64,000 nt of DNA from Mobula hypostoma (taxonomy: Eukaryota): the NCBI RefSeq assembly GCF_963921235.1, contig NC_086097.1, forward strand, positions 56,422,001-56,486,000, read 5' to 3'. Positions within the stretch are counted from its first letter, which is position 1, and each line of letters opens with the position of its first letter. The notes beneath the pieces are model-generated. The model was not told where the DNA came from. It saw nothing but the letters and a program-made list of their open reading frames with translations, and searched no databases. The translations under genes were made by a program, and so were the position numbers. Shown here piece by piece: positions 49,195 through 62,050 of this stretch.

Positions 49195-49635
49195 TCTGAA
49201 TCAGAATCAGGTTTATTATCACCGGCATATGACGTGAAATGTGTTAACTTAGCAGCAGCAGTTCAATGCAGTACATAATACAGAAGAAAAAATAAAAATA
49301 AGTAAATCAATTACAATATATGTATATTGAACAGATAAAAAAATTGTGCAAAAACAGAAATAATATATAATAAAAAAGTGAGGTAGTGTTCACATGTTCA
49401 ATGTCCATTTAGGAATCGGATGGCAGAGGGGAAGAAGCTGTTCCTGAATCACTGAGTGTGTGCCTTCAGGCTTCTGTACCTCCTTCCTGATGGTAACAAT
49501 GAGAAAAGGGCATGCCCTGGGTGCTGGAGGTCCTTAATAATGGACGCTGCCTTTCTGAGACACTGCTCCTTGAAGATACTCTGGGTACTTTGTAGGCTAA
49601 TGCCCAAGATGGAGCTGACAATATTTACAACCGTT
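49195..49635 (-). mobile_element. Rex1/Babar-type LINE 3' fragment
   Basis: CLRKAASIIKDLQHPGHALFSLLPSGRRYRSLKAHT; aataaa followed by a (ctgatt)n tail. Confidence 0.85.
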
Positions 49636-49668
49636 TGCAAATAGAGGTCAAGTCGCATTTGTTAAGGA

Positions 49669-50550
49669 TGTGACAAGAATACACATAAATTAAGATGTTT
49701 GCTGGCCTGGGCTTGCATCAGTGGCATCAGCAGTGGTCTGCCACCTGTCCTCAGGGGAGGGAGAGATAAGGCACACAATGAAGCAGCATCTGGAGATGTG
49801 TAATGAAGGGACGGGAGAGAGAGCTGTCTAGAGCGGCTCCCCCTTTGAACCCTGAACTGTCTGAAGTGATGGACAGGCGATACCCCAGCAGGGGGATAAA
49901 AAGGGACAGGTTCGCTAAGGCAGGACACACACGACACCCGAGGTAACGAGACCCTGGAAGCGGTGCGCCTCTCACAAGTCGGTGGGAAGCTCTTGGACGG
50001 CTGATCGGGGGAATCAGCCTTAAACGCACAGGGTGGAAAGGTACGATCAGCGGGAACCCGGTGTGTGTCCACCCTCGCTTGGGTGCCAGGTTCACTGCAG
50101 AGGATCGACCGCATCTGGAGGAGGGGTCACAGTTGGTGACCTCAGGTGACATCACAAAGGACCCGCCCAAAAGCTGCTTGTGAGCAATATCGCCGGTCTG
50201 TGAGTGGAAGCCGTTCTGAATGATCAGTCGTTCTCGTTCTCTCTCTCCCTCCCCCCACGTTGTCCATCGCCATGGCAACAATTACTGCGAACGGAACTAA
50301 ATCGAACTGGACTTTTGTGTCACTTTGAAATTGGTCATTTACCCCTAGACAACGATAGAGCTTGATTGATGCTGTTATCTTAATTCTGTGCACATATGTG
50401 TTTATCATTGCTGAACTGTTGCATTTATTATCCTTTCGATTACTGTGTTGCTTGTTTCTTTAATAAAACTTTCTTAGATCTAGTAATCCAGACTCCAACT
50501 GAGTGATCCATTTCTGCTGGTTTGGCAACCCAGTTACGGGGTACGTAACA
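49669..50550 (+). mobile_element. Solo LTR (882 bp)
   Basis: TGTGAC...GTAACA ends, 4-bp TSD AGGA (49665-49668 and 50551-50554), TATA-like gataaaa near 49895, AATAAA at 50462-50467. Confidence 0.85.
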
Positions 50551-50977
50551 AGGATCATACAAGATCCCGACCCTAGACGTCTACCATACCTTTGCTTCCA
50601 CAGATGCTTTTTGGCCAGCTGAGTTCATCCAGCAGATTGTTTTTTGCTATTTGGTGAAGTTACTTTTAATTGGCCTCTTTGAATTCCAAGATTAAAGTTT
50701 CCTTGCATTGCACTTTAAAACTATAAGAGTAGAGGCTTTTCTGACAAAGTCACTCTTTGAATCAGACAGCCTGATGTAAACCCTTTTTCCTAATCTCCTT
50801 ATTAACTACCTTGTCTAAACTCAGTTTCTTAGCAGTTGTTTCATAACTTTACTAAAGCTCTGTTTTTTATGTAACTAAAGTTAGTATTTTTTGGAATCTC
50901 TGCTCTTCACTGTTCCTTCTTTATTATCTTACTTGCTTTTAAACTCCTTAATTTACTCTCCCCATCCTCACCTCATA

Positions 50978-51460
50978 AAACCATAAGGCATAGGAGCAGA
51001 ATTAGGCTATTCGGCCCATCGAGTTTGCTCTGCCATTCCATCATGGCCGATTTATTATTCCTCTCAAACCTATTCTCCTGCCTCTTCCCCATAGTCTTTG
51101 ACTAAACACGAACCTATCAACCTCTACTCTTAATATACCCAATTACTTGGTCTCCTCTGCCACCTGTGGCAACAAATTCCACAGATTCACCATCCTCTGG
51201 CTTAAGAAATTTCTCCTCATCTCAGTTGTAAAAGGACATCCCTCTATTCTGAGGCTTTCCCTCTGGTCCTAGACTCACCCAGTAAAGGAAACACCCTCTC
51301 CACATCCACTCTGGCTAGGCCTTTCAATATTCAATAGGTGAGATCCCCCCCTCATTCTTTGAAACTCCAAAGATTACAAGCACACAGAGGTATACATTAA
51401 CCTTTAATTACTAGAATCATTCCCATGAATATTCTCTCTCCAAATCCAGCACATCTTTGC
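50978..51460 (-). mobile_element. CR1 3' end
   Basis: accataaggcataggagcagaattaggc terminus plus RT C-terminal sequence. Confidence 0.88.
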
Positions 51461-51882
51461 ACAGCTCAGCTTCACAGCACACCTTCATGGGTTGTGCAAA
51501 ATAGAATGAGAATACGGTCTCCATTTTCAAGTCATCTTCACAAATTATGTGGTACAGTATTTTAAAAATGTTAGCTAGCAATTTTAGTACCTCACAATAC
51601 CTCTTGGAGCCCGACAATCGGGTTCAAATGCAGCCATAAACTTAGCGTTCAAGAGCACACCAGAAAAATGACATGCTGATTTTGTACATTTTTCTGGATG
51701 TTAAAACTCAAATGGTATTTCTCACAGTGCTCAATTATAAGCTGTAATATGCTACAACTAAAATGGATAATAACAGAATCATAATGACTTGAAGGAAATT
51801 AACTCCAATTTGTGACTCACACAATATTTTCACCTGTAAGGTTACATGAATAACATGCATTTGCAATTATTAGTGTAGCTTA

Positions 51883-53310
51883 AACTATAAAACTGTAAAA
51901 CATAGGAGAAGAATTAGGCCACTTGGCCCATCAACTCTGCTCCGTTATTTCACCATGGTTGATATTTTCTACCTCTATACCCCATACTCTTGCCTTCTCC
52001 CCTTAACCTTTGGTGCCCTGACTAATCAAGAACCTATCAACCTCCACTTTAAATATAACAAAATGACTTGGCCTTCACAGCCATCTGTGGCAATTACTTC
52101 TGCAGATTCACTGCCCTCTGGCTAAAGAAATTCCTTCACATCTCCATTCAAAATGGAGGTTGCTCTATTCTGAGGCTGTGCCCTTTGGTCCAAGATTCAC
52201 TCACCGTAGGAAACATCCTTTCCATGTCCACTACTAATAGGCCTTTCAGTATTCAAAAGGTTTCAATAAGATCCCCCCTCATTCTTCTAAACTCCAGCAA
52301 GTACAGGCCCAGAGCCATCCAATGCTCCTCATATGGTAACCCTTTCATTCATGGAATCATTCTCATGAGCCTTCTCTGAATCCTGTCCAATGTCGGCACA
52401 TTTTTTTCTTGGATAAGGGGCCCACAACTGCTCACAATACTCCAGCTGCAGTCTGACCAATGCCTATAAGGTCTCAGCATTACATCTATGGTCTTATATT
52501 CTAGTCCTCTGGACTGAATGCTAATATTAATTTTGCCTTCCTTACTGTTATGTTTTGTAACTTCAAAACATTAAACTAATTCAAAAAAAGACACAAGAGT
52601 CTGAAATTGTGTCTAACTTTGTTTAATTTAAGCAAATCGCACGTGTATCACGTGGTAGCATAATGACGTATGCAATTCACACATTTATGCATATAACCTG
52701 TAATTATTTAAAAAACAAAAATGCTTAATCAACCTCTATATATAAATATATACACACACACACACAAGATTACTCAAATATTATTAAAATATTAAATACA
52801 CAACACTTTCCATCAACTCAACCTGCAAATTAACTTTTAGGGAATCCTATACAAGAACTTTCAAGTTCATTTGAAATTCTGAATTTTGAATTTACTCCCC
52901 ATTTAGAAAATAATCTATGCCTTTCTTCCTTCTACCAAAGTGCATTATCATACACTTCACTGCACTGTTATATTCCACCTACCACTTCTTTGCCCGATCT
53001 GTCTAAATCCTTCTGCAGACTCCTTGCTTTCTCAACACACTTATTTTCACATTGTCCACCAATTTAACCGTAGAGCCATTAATTCCGACATCCAAATCAT
53101 TGACAAATAATGTGAAAAGAAGCAGTCCTACCTCTGATCACTGAGGAACACCATTAGTCCCTGGCAGCCAACCAAAAAAGGCCCCCTTTATTTCCACTCT
53201 TTGCTTCCTGCCAGTCTGCCAAACTTCTATCCATGCAAGTAACTTCCTTGCAATACCACGAGCTTTTATCTTGTTAAGCAGCCTCATGTGCGGCACCTTG
53301 TCAAAACACT
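51883..53310 (-). mobile_element. 5'-truncated CR1 LINE interrupted by a solo LTR
   Basis: Tail at 51883; FDKVPHMRLLNKIKA...GVPQ near 53140-53305. Confidence 0.9.
52546..52805 (-). mobile_element. Solo LTR related to the Gypsy LTRs at 18684 and 21467
   Basis: TGTTATGTTTTGTAAC...AATACACAACA; shared acgtggtagc...tgacgtatgcaatt core; 5-bp TSD cttac/ctttc. Confidence 0.88.
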
Positions 53311-53718
53311 GGGAAATCCATTGAGGTACATCAAACAAGGATTTGCCTTGTATTGCAAAACACCAATTACTAAATAAACCTAATGTTACATTGGTCACAA
53401 TTATTAACATTTAATTCACTGTTATTTTCATATTCTGTATGCTTATTTCATGTAATGACGGTGATTTGGCAGGTTCACCAGAAAGGTGAAAAGTATTTTA
53501 AGCAGTAAATCTGTTTTCTCCATTTATGCTAACGTCCAGCTACCATGGATACGTTAAAAGTCTCTGAGATCAATTAAATCATTCTCAATTGACATGATAC
53601 AAAAACTAACTGTTGCTACACTCTAGTCTTAATTTTAGATAACTAGTTTAAAATAATTCAATGATGTTCAAAACAAAACAGGTTTAATTTCAAACCTTGA
53701 TCCAAAGAAGCTGAACTT

Positions 53719-54080
53719 ATAGTCATAGTCATATTCATAGTCATAGTCATATTTTATTGATCCCGAGGGAAATTGGTTTTCGTCACAGTTGCACCAACCA
53801 AGAATAGAGTATAAATAAAGCAATATAAAACCATAAATAGTTAAATAGTAATATGTAAATGCCAGGAAATAAGTCCAGGACCAGCCTATTGGCTCAGGGT
53901 GTCTGACCCTCCAAGGGAGGAGTTGTAAAGTTTGATGGCCACAGGCAGGAATGACTTCCTATGACGCTCTGTGTTGCATCTCGGTGGAATGAGTCTCTGG
54001 CTGAATGTACTCCTGTGCCCACCCAGTACATTATGTAGTGGATGGGAGACATTGACCAAGATGGCATGCAACTTGGACAA
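53719..54080 (-). mobile_element. Rex1/Babar-type LINE 3' fragment
   Basis: HPLHNVL...RSTFSQRLIPPRCNTERHRKSFLPVAIKLYNSS; (atgact)n tail; same family as 62815-63840. Confidence 0.88.
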
Positions 54081-54239
54081 ATTGGACAATTTGGTGGTAT
54101 CCAGTCACCATCAGGCTAAACATACTCACCAATAAAGTGCACTGTGGTGGAAGGCTAATTATTAGTCATCTCTTGTTTGATTTTGACAGTAAGTGGAGGG
54201 TGTGAATTGGTAAGCAAAAAGAAAAAGTATTAATCCCAT

Positions 54240-54484
54240 CGAACCCTCCTCAACCAATCTGTGCAATTTATTCTTGTGGATCCATTTTAGCCGCAAAATA
54301 CTCTGCACAACTGAACTGTGCTTCGGCCCAGACGACAGTTACGTGCCGGGCGGCACCTAATCAATTAGCTTGTTTATTTCGGCTTTTTTCTTAAAGATGT
54401 ATTGGGTGCATTCCAGCTACCGCTGCACCGCTGCATTCTTCGTGGCCTGGTATTGGTCCACGGCCCGGAGGTTAGGGACCACTG
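54240..54484 (+). mobile_element. hAT-Charlie-type MITE terminal fragment
   Basis: Ends in ggtccacggcccggaggttagggaccactg, a Charlie/MER1-type TIR; left boundary uncertain. Confidence 0.6.
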
Positions 54485-54604
54485 CAGTCAGGAATTGCAG
54501 CTTCCTGAGCATGGTTGAGTGTCCACTTAAAGGCCTGCATTAAAATTGCATCAGGCCTGTGACGTGGAGTGTTACCTCAAAGAAACCCTTTCAATATTCC
54601 CATC

Positions 54605-56025
54605 TTTCGAGAGTGCCAGGGGGCAGTTGTGAGTGAAGTTGCCATTACTAGGGAGAAGGTACTTGGGAACCTGAAAGGTCTAGGTCTCAAGGTAGATAAG
54701 TCCGCTGGATCAGATGGTCTGCATCCTAGGGTTCCAAAAGAAGTGGCTGAAGAGATTGTGGAGGCATTAGTAATGATTTTTCAAAAATCAATGGATTCTG
54801 GCATGGTTCCGAAGGACTGGAAAATTGCAAATGTCATCAAAGGAGGACTGGTGGGTGTTATGTACTTGGATTTTCAGAAGGCCTTTGACAAGCTGCCACG
54901 CATGAGGCTGCTTAAGAAATTAAGATTCCATGGTATTTCAGGAATGATACGAGCATGGATAAAGCAGTGGCTGGTGGCAAGAGGCAAAGAGTGGGACTAA
55001 AGGGGGCCTTTTCTGGTTGCCTGCTGATGACTAGTGGTGTCCCAGAGGGTCTGACCTGGGACCGCCCTTTTTTGCATTATGTATTAGTGATTTCGATGAC
55101 AGAATTGACAGCTTTGTGGCCAAGTTTGTGGAAGATATGTAGATAGGTGGAGGGGCATGTAGTGTTGAGGAAGCAGAGAAGCTACAGAGAGATTTAGACA
55201 GATTAGGAGAATAGGCAAAGAAATGGCAGATGGAGTACAGTGTCAGGAAGTGTATGGTCATGCACTTTAGTAGAAGAAATAAAAATGTAGACTATTTTCT
55301 AAATAGAGAGAAAATTCAAAACTCTGAGGTGCAATGGGACTTGGGAGTCCTCCTGCAGGATTCTCTAAAGCTTAATTTGCAGGTTGAGTCAGTGCTGAAG
55401 AAGGTAAAAACAATATTAGCATTCATTTCAAGAGGACTAGAATATAAAAGCAAGATGTAATGTTGAGGTATGGTGAGGCTTCACTTGGAGTTTTATGAAC
55501 AATTTTGCACACCTGATCTAATAAAAGATGTGCTGACGTTGGAAATGGTTCAAAGGGGGTTCACAAATATGATTCCAGGATTGAAAGGTTTATCATATGA
55601 GGAGCATTTGATGGCTCTGGGCCTGTACTCACTGGAATTCAGAAGAATAACAGGTGGTCTCATTGAACCCTATCGAATGTTGAAAGGTCTCAACAGAGTG
55701 GATGTGGAGAGGATGTTTCCTATGGTAGGGTAGTCTAAGACCAGAGGACACAGCCTCGGAATAGCAGGACATCCTTTTAGAATGGAGATGAGGAGGAATT
55801 TCTTTAGTTTTTTTTTAAATTGTTGCCACAAGTGGCTGTGGAAGCCAAATCATTGAGTATATTTAAGTTGATAAATTCTTGATTAGTCGGGGCATGAAGC
55901 GATACAGGGTGAAGACAGGAAATTGGGGCTGAGAGGGAAATGGATCAGCCTTGATGAAATGGCTGAACAGACTTGATGGGCCAAATGGCCTAATTCTGCT
56001 CCTATATCTAATGGTAGTATGGTCT
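54605..56025 (+). mobile_element. 5'-truncated CR1 LINE with an internal deletion
   Basis: ORF 54569-55000 jumps from WKIANVI directly to [13 protein letters not shown]; 3' tail at about 56020. Confidence 0.92.
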
Positions 56026-57417
56026 CTTATTGTTTTTCTTCTTTTGGTAAGTTACAGAATAAATTGAAAATCATGCTCTATTTTACTCGAAGGAACTTCC
56101 TTTCTCTGAGATTGTTTATGAGAAAGTTGAATCCATTATTATGAACAAATTAACACTCCTATTGAATAGAAGAATTCCACAAGATCACATTACTATAGTC
56201 ATTACAAGTATCATTCAGCATAATAGTAACACTACAGTTACTTTATCATATTCGGCAGGTTTGCTAGAACTGTTGGGGAGGATTTAAACTAATTAGACAG
56301 GGTGATGGGAACCAGGGTGATGGGCAGTTGGTATACAGGTTGACCCAGTGGGTAGTGAGACTGTGAGGAAGGACAGGCAGATGATAGGGCAAAATTGCAA
56401 TCAGTCAGATGAGTTGAAGTGTAACATAGGGGAAAATGGAAACAGGTGATGAATACAGGACTGAAGGTGATATATTTGCATGCGCACAGTATACGAAATA
56501 AGGTAGATGATCCTGTAGTGCAAGTATGACATTGTGGGCATCACGGAACCGTGGCTGAAATAAGATTATATCTGGGAGCTCAACGTCCTAGTATGCACAT
56601 TGTATCAAAAGAACAGGCAGATAGGCAGAGGGGATGTGACATAGGGTTGGACAGTGGAGAATTCTTGTGGATAAAGTAAGGAAACTACAAGGGTAAAAAG
56701 GCCCTGATGGGAGTTATATACAGGCCTCCAAACAATAGCAAAGATGTGGGATACACATTACAATGGGAGACTGAAAATGTATGTCAAAAGGGCAATATTA
56801 CGATAGTCATGGGGGATTTCAATATGCAAGTAATTGGGAAAATCGGTTTGGTGCTGTATCCCAAGAGAGGGAATCTATAGAATGCCCACGAGTTGGCTCT
56901 TTAGAGTAGCTTGTGGTTGAGCCCATCGGGGAAAGGCAAATCTGGATTCGGTGTTGTGTAATGAACCAGATTTGTTTAGGGAGCTTAAGGTAAAAGAATA
57001 GAGGGGTGTGGAGGCAGTGGCTATAACATGATAGAATCCATACTGCAATTTGAGGGGAGGAAGATAAAAGTCAGAAGTAGCAGTATTACAGTGGGGTAAA
57101 GGGAATTACAGAGGCATAAAAGGGGAGTGGCTAAAATTGATTGGAAGGGAACACTAGCAGGGAGGACAGCAGAACAGCAATGATTGGAGTTTCTGGAGGC
57201 AATTTAGAAGGCACAGGATAGATACATCCCAAAGATGGCAAAGTATTCTAAAGGGAAAATGAGCCAACTGTGGCTGACAAAGGAAGTCAAAGACAACATA
57301 AAAGGAAAATTGAGGGCATATAACATAGCAAACATTAGTGAGAAGTTGGAGAACTGGGAAGTTTTAAAAAAAACAGAAAACAACTAAAAAGCCATAAGGA
57401 AGGAAAAGATGAAATAT

Positions 57418-59907
57418 TTGATTAGAATTAGATTCAACTTTATTGTCACTGTGCTGAGTACATATACAAAGCCAATGAAATACAGTTAGCATCTAACTAG
57501 AAATGCAAAGAATAGTGTTATTTACAAAATAACTGCGAATAAAAAGTAAGTGCTACAGCACACAAATATAAAAGTACTGAGACAGTTCAATATGGGTGCA
57601 ATACGGCTTAGTGCTGTGATGTGAGTTCAGCAGGGTCACAGCCTCAGGGAAGAAGCTCTTCCTGTGCCTGCTGTTGCGGGAGTGGAGGCTCCTGTAGCGC
57701 CTACTGGATGGGAGGAGAGTAAAAAGTCTATGGTTAGGGTGAGATGCATCCCTGATAATGCTTTTTGCCCTGGCCAGGCAGCGTTTATGGTAGATGTTCT
57801 CAATGGTGGGCAACTGGGTGCCGATAATCCGCTGGGCAGTTTTCACCACACGCTGGAGTGCCTTGCGGTCCGATACGGGACAATTGCCATACCACACTGA
57901 GATGCAGTTGGTGAGTATGTTCTCAATGGTACAGCAGTAAAAGTCCGTCAGTATCCTGGGACAGAGGTGAGCTTTCTTCATGCTCCGCAGGAAATAAAAG
58001 CCCTGTTGCGCCTTTTTGATCAGGATGGAGGAGTTCAGGGACCAGGTGAGATCCTCGGAAATGTGGACACCAAGGAATTTGAAGCCTGATACACGCTCCA
58101 CTACAGCTCCGTTGATGTAGCTGGGGACGTGAGTGTGGCTCCTGGCATGCCTAAAGTCCACAATGATCTCATAAGACCATAAGACAAAGGAGCAGAAGTC
58201 GGCCATTCGGCCCATCGAGTTTGCTCTGCCATTTTATCATGAGCTGATCCATTCTCCCATTTAGTCCCACACCCCGCCTTCCCACCATAACCTTTGATGC
58301 CCTGGCTACTCAGATACCCATCAATCTCTGCCTAAAATACACCCAATGACTTGGCCTCCACTGCTGCCCGTGGCAACAAATTCCATAGATTCACCACTCT
58401 CTGACTAAAAAAATTTCTTCACATTTCTGTTCTGAATGGGTGCCCTTCAATCCTTAAGCCATGCCCTCTCGTACTAGACTCCCCCATCATGGGAAACAAT
58501 TTTGCCACATCCACTCTGTCCATGCCTTTCAAAATTCAAAATGTTTCTATGAGGCCTCCCCTCATTCTTCTAAACTCCAAGGAATACAGTCCAAGAGCAG
58601 ACAAACGTTCCTCATATGTTAACCCTCTCGTTCCCAGAATCATTCTAGTGAATCTTCTCTGTACCCTCTCCAATATCAGCACATCCTTTCTTAAATAAGG
58701 AGACCAAAACTGCCCACAGTACTCCACGTGAGGTCTCACCAGCGCCTTATAGAGCCTCAACATCACATCCCTGCTCCTATACTCTATTCCTCTAGATACG
58801 AATGCCAACATTGCATTCGCCTTCTTCACGACCGACTCAACCTGGAGGTTAACCTTAAGGGTATCCTATACGAGGACTCCCAAGTCCCATTGCATCTCAG
58901 AACTTTGAATTCTCTCCCCATTTAAATAATAGTCTGCCCGTTTATTTCTTCTGCCAAAGTGCATAACAATACAATTTCCAACGTTGTATTTCATTTGCCA
59001 CTTCTTTGCCCATTCTTCCAATCTATCCAAGTCTCTCTGCAGACTCTCCGTTTCCTCAGCACAACCGGCCCCTCCACCTATCTTTGTATTGTCAGCAAGC
59101 TTAGCCACAAAGCCATCTATTCCATAATCCAAATCGTTGATGTACAATGTAAAAAGAAGCGGCCCCAACACGGACTCCTGTGTAACACCACTGGTAACTG
59201 GCAGCCAACCAGAATAGGATCCCTTTATTCCCACTCTCTGTTTCCTGCCAATCAGCCAATGCTCTATCCACATATGTAACTTTCCCGTAATTCCATGGGC
59301 TCTTATCTTGTTAAGTAGTCTCATGTCTGGCACCTTGTCAAAGGCCTTCTGAAAATCCAAATATACAACATCCACTGCATCTCCCTTGTCTAGCATCTCC
59401 TTGGTCTTCTGGGTGTTAAGGGCCAGGTTGTTGTCAGCACACCACACAGCCAGGTGCTGGACCTCATCCTTGTAGGCCGTCTCGTCATCCCCTCTGATCA
59501 GGCCAACCACCGTGGTGTCATCTGCGAACTTGATTATGGAGTTAGAACCATGTACAGGAACGCAGTCACAAGTGAAAAGGGAGTACAGAAGATGGCTCAG
59601 CACACAGCCTTGAGGCACACCGGTGTTCAGGGTGAGAGTGTCTAACTTAACTGATTGGGGTCTGTTAGTTAGAAAGTCCAAGGTCCAATTGCAGAGGTAT
59701 GAGCTGATACCAAGCTGGCGAATTTTGGCGATCAGCTCGGAGGGGATCACAGTATTGAATGCCAAACTAAAGTCGATGAACAGCATTCTGACGTAAGAGA
59801 TGGGGCTGTCCAGGTGGGTCAGGGCAGAGTGAAGTGCCGTGGAGATGGCGTCCTCTGTTGACCTGTTGGTGCGATAGGCAAATTGATGGGGGTCCAGGGT
59901 AGTGGGT
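57418..59907 (-). mobile_element. Rex1/Babar-type LINE (5'-truncated RT) nested in CR1
   Basis: LDPHQFAYR...[11 protein letters not shown]...GVPQGCVLS...KFADDT...KTKE|IIVDFR...HPNHRLFTLLPSSRRYRS; 3' end aataaagttgaatctaattctaat. Confidence 0.93.
58171..59394 (-). mobile_element. Young CR1 nested in the Rex-type LINE
   Basis: 5-bp TSD ATCTC (58166-58170 and 59395-59399); near-identical to 16058-17283. Confidence 0.95.
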
Positions 59908-61759
59908 AAGCTAGCCAATAATATAAAAGATGATACCAAAACTTTTTTTTAGTGATATAAAGAGTAAAAGAGAGGTGGGAGTAAATAACGGACTGCTGGA
60001 AAATGACGCTGGAGAGGTAGTAATGGGTGACAAAGAAATGGTGAAAGAATTTACTGAGTATTTTGTATTGGTCTTCTCTGTGGAAGACATTAGCAGTATG
60101 TCTGAAACTCAGGAGGATCAGTGTGCAGAAATGATTACAGATGCCAGTGTTAAGGAGAAGGTGCTTGGGAGGCTGAAAGGGTCTGAAGGTAGATAAGTCA
60201 CCCAGACCAGATGGACAACTCTTCTGGATTCTGAAAGAGGTGGCCGAAGAGATTGTGGAGGCATTTGTAATGATCTGTCAAGAATCACTAGATTCTGGAA
60301 TGGTTCTGGAAGGATGGAAAATTGCAAATGTCACCTCACTCTTTAAGAAGGGAGAGAGGCAGAAGAAAAGAAATTATAGGCCATTTAGCCTGACTTCAGT
60401 GGTTAAGAAGACATTGGAGTGTATTATTAAGGATGAGGTTTTGGGGTACTTGGAGGCACACGATAAAATAGGCCAAAGTCAGCATAGTTTCTTTAAGGGG
60501 AAATCTTCCCTGACAGATCTGTTGGAATTCATTGAGGAAGTAACAAGCAAGGTGGACAAAGGAGAGCAAGTGGATGCTGTTTACTTGGATTTCCAGAAGA
60601 CGTTTGACAAGGTGCCGCACATGAGAATGCTAAACAAGAGCCCGTGGTATTACATGAAAGATACTAGCCTAGACTGACTGGCAGAGAGCAAAGCGTGGGA
60701 ATAAATGGGGGCCTTTTCTGGTTGGCTACCAGTGATTAGTTGTGTTCTGCAGGGATCAGAATTAGGACTGCTTAATTTCATGTTATATGTATGTCTGTGA
60801 TTTGGATGATGAAGTTGATGGTTTTGTGGCCAAATTTGCAGATGATACAAAGATGGTTGGAGAGGCAGGTAGTGTTGAGGAAGCAGGGAGTCCACAGATA
60901 TACTTAGACAGATTGGGAGAATGGGCAAAGAAGTAGCAGATGGAATATAGTGTAGTGAAATATATGGCCATGTAACTTGTTAGAGGAAATAAAAGCATAG
61001 ACTATTTTCTAAATGGGGAGAAAATTGAAAAATCAGAGGTGCAAAGGGCCTTGGGACTCTTTGTGCAGGATTCTTTAAAGATTAACTTGCAGGTTGAGTT
61101 GATGGTGAGGAAGGCAAATACAATGTTAGTACTCATTTCGAGAGGATGAGAATATAAGAGCAAGCATGTAATGGTGGGCTTTATAAGGCACTGGTCAGAC
61201 CACATTTGGAGTATTGTAAGCAGTTCTGGGCCCCTTATCTAAGAAATGATGTGCAGTATTGCAGAGGGTCCAGAGGAGGTTCACGAGAGTGATTCCAGGA
61301 ATGAAAGGGTTAAAGTATGAGGAGTGTTTGACAGCTCTGGGCCTGCACTCACTGGAGTTAAAAAGAATGAAGGGGGAATCTCACTGAAACATATCAAATA
61401 TTGAAAGGCCTAGACAGAGTGGACGTGGAGAGGATGTTTCCTATAATGGGTGAGTCTAGGACTAGCGATCACACCTCAGAATAGTGGATGTCCATTTAAA
61501 AAAGAGAAGAGAAGTTATTTCTTTAATGAGGGTGGTGAATCTGTGGAATTCATTGCCATCGGTGGCTGTGAAAGCTATGTCATTAAGTATATTTAGAATG
61601 GAGACTGATAAGTTTTTGATTAGTTGGGGTATCAAAGGTTACAGAGTAAAGGCAGGTGAAGGGGATTGGATGGAATAGTAAATCAGCCATGATGGAATGG
61701 TGGAGCAGATTCGATGGGCCGAAGGTCCTAATTCTGCTGCTATGTCTTATGATAGTTAT

Positions 61760-62050
61760 CCCAGGGCCAGGAGTATAAATCATTCATGGCAGCTGTGGTG
61801 TTTAATTTGGCAATGACTGCACAATGCTACTAAATTGTTGCACATATTCCATCTGGTTTGCAATCATCCATCAGGGGAAGAAATCTGCCATTCTCACTTC
61901 CTCTAGCCTAAATATGACTGCAGCAGTACCAATATATAACTCTTCACTGCCCTTGATTACTTTACGAAGCCACTCAATTGAAGGGCATTTAGGGTTGAGC
62001 AGTAAATGACAGCCATGTTAATTTCTCCAAAATTACTACATGAAATTAAG
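61760..62050 (+). mobile_element. Ancient SINE remnant (second family)
   Basis: ccatctggtt...ggggaagaaatctgccattctcac...gccactcaattgaagggcatttaggg. Confidence 0.55.

Larger units (their letters stand above)
56250..61752 (+). mobile_element. Long decayed CR1 LINE (ORF1 end, endonuclease, RT, tail) hosting nested insertions
   Basis: Same ORF1-ORF2 spacer as the copy at 24520. The endonuclease region runs to 57417 and resumes at about 59905; RT ORF 60240-60677; tail gtcttatgatag. Confidence 0.93.

Noticed and set aside
49662..50408. ORFs of 150, 176 and 88 aa
   Set aside because: They lie within the GC-rich solo LTR and have no recognisable domains
769..61752. Strand bias of intronic LINEs relative to SLC35F4
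   Set aside because: CR1 copies are plentiful in both orientations; no clear bias by eye
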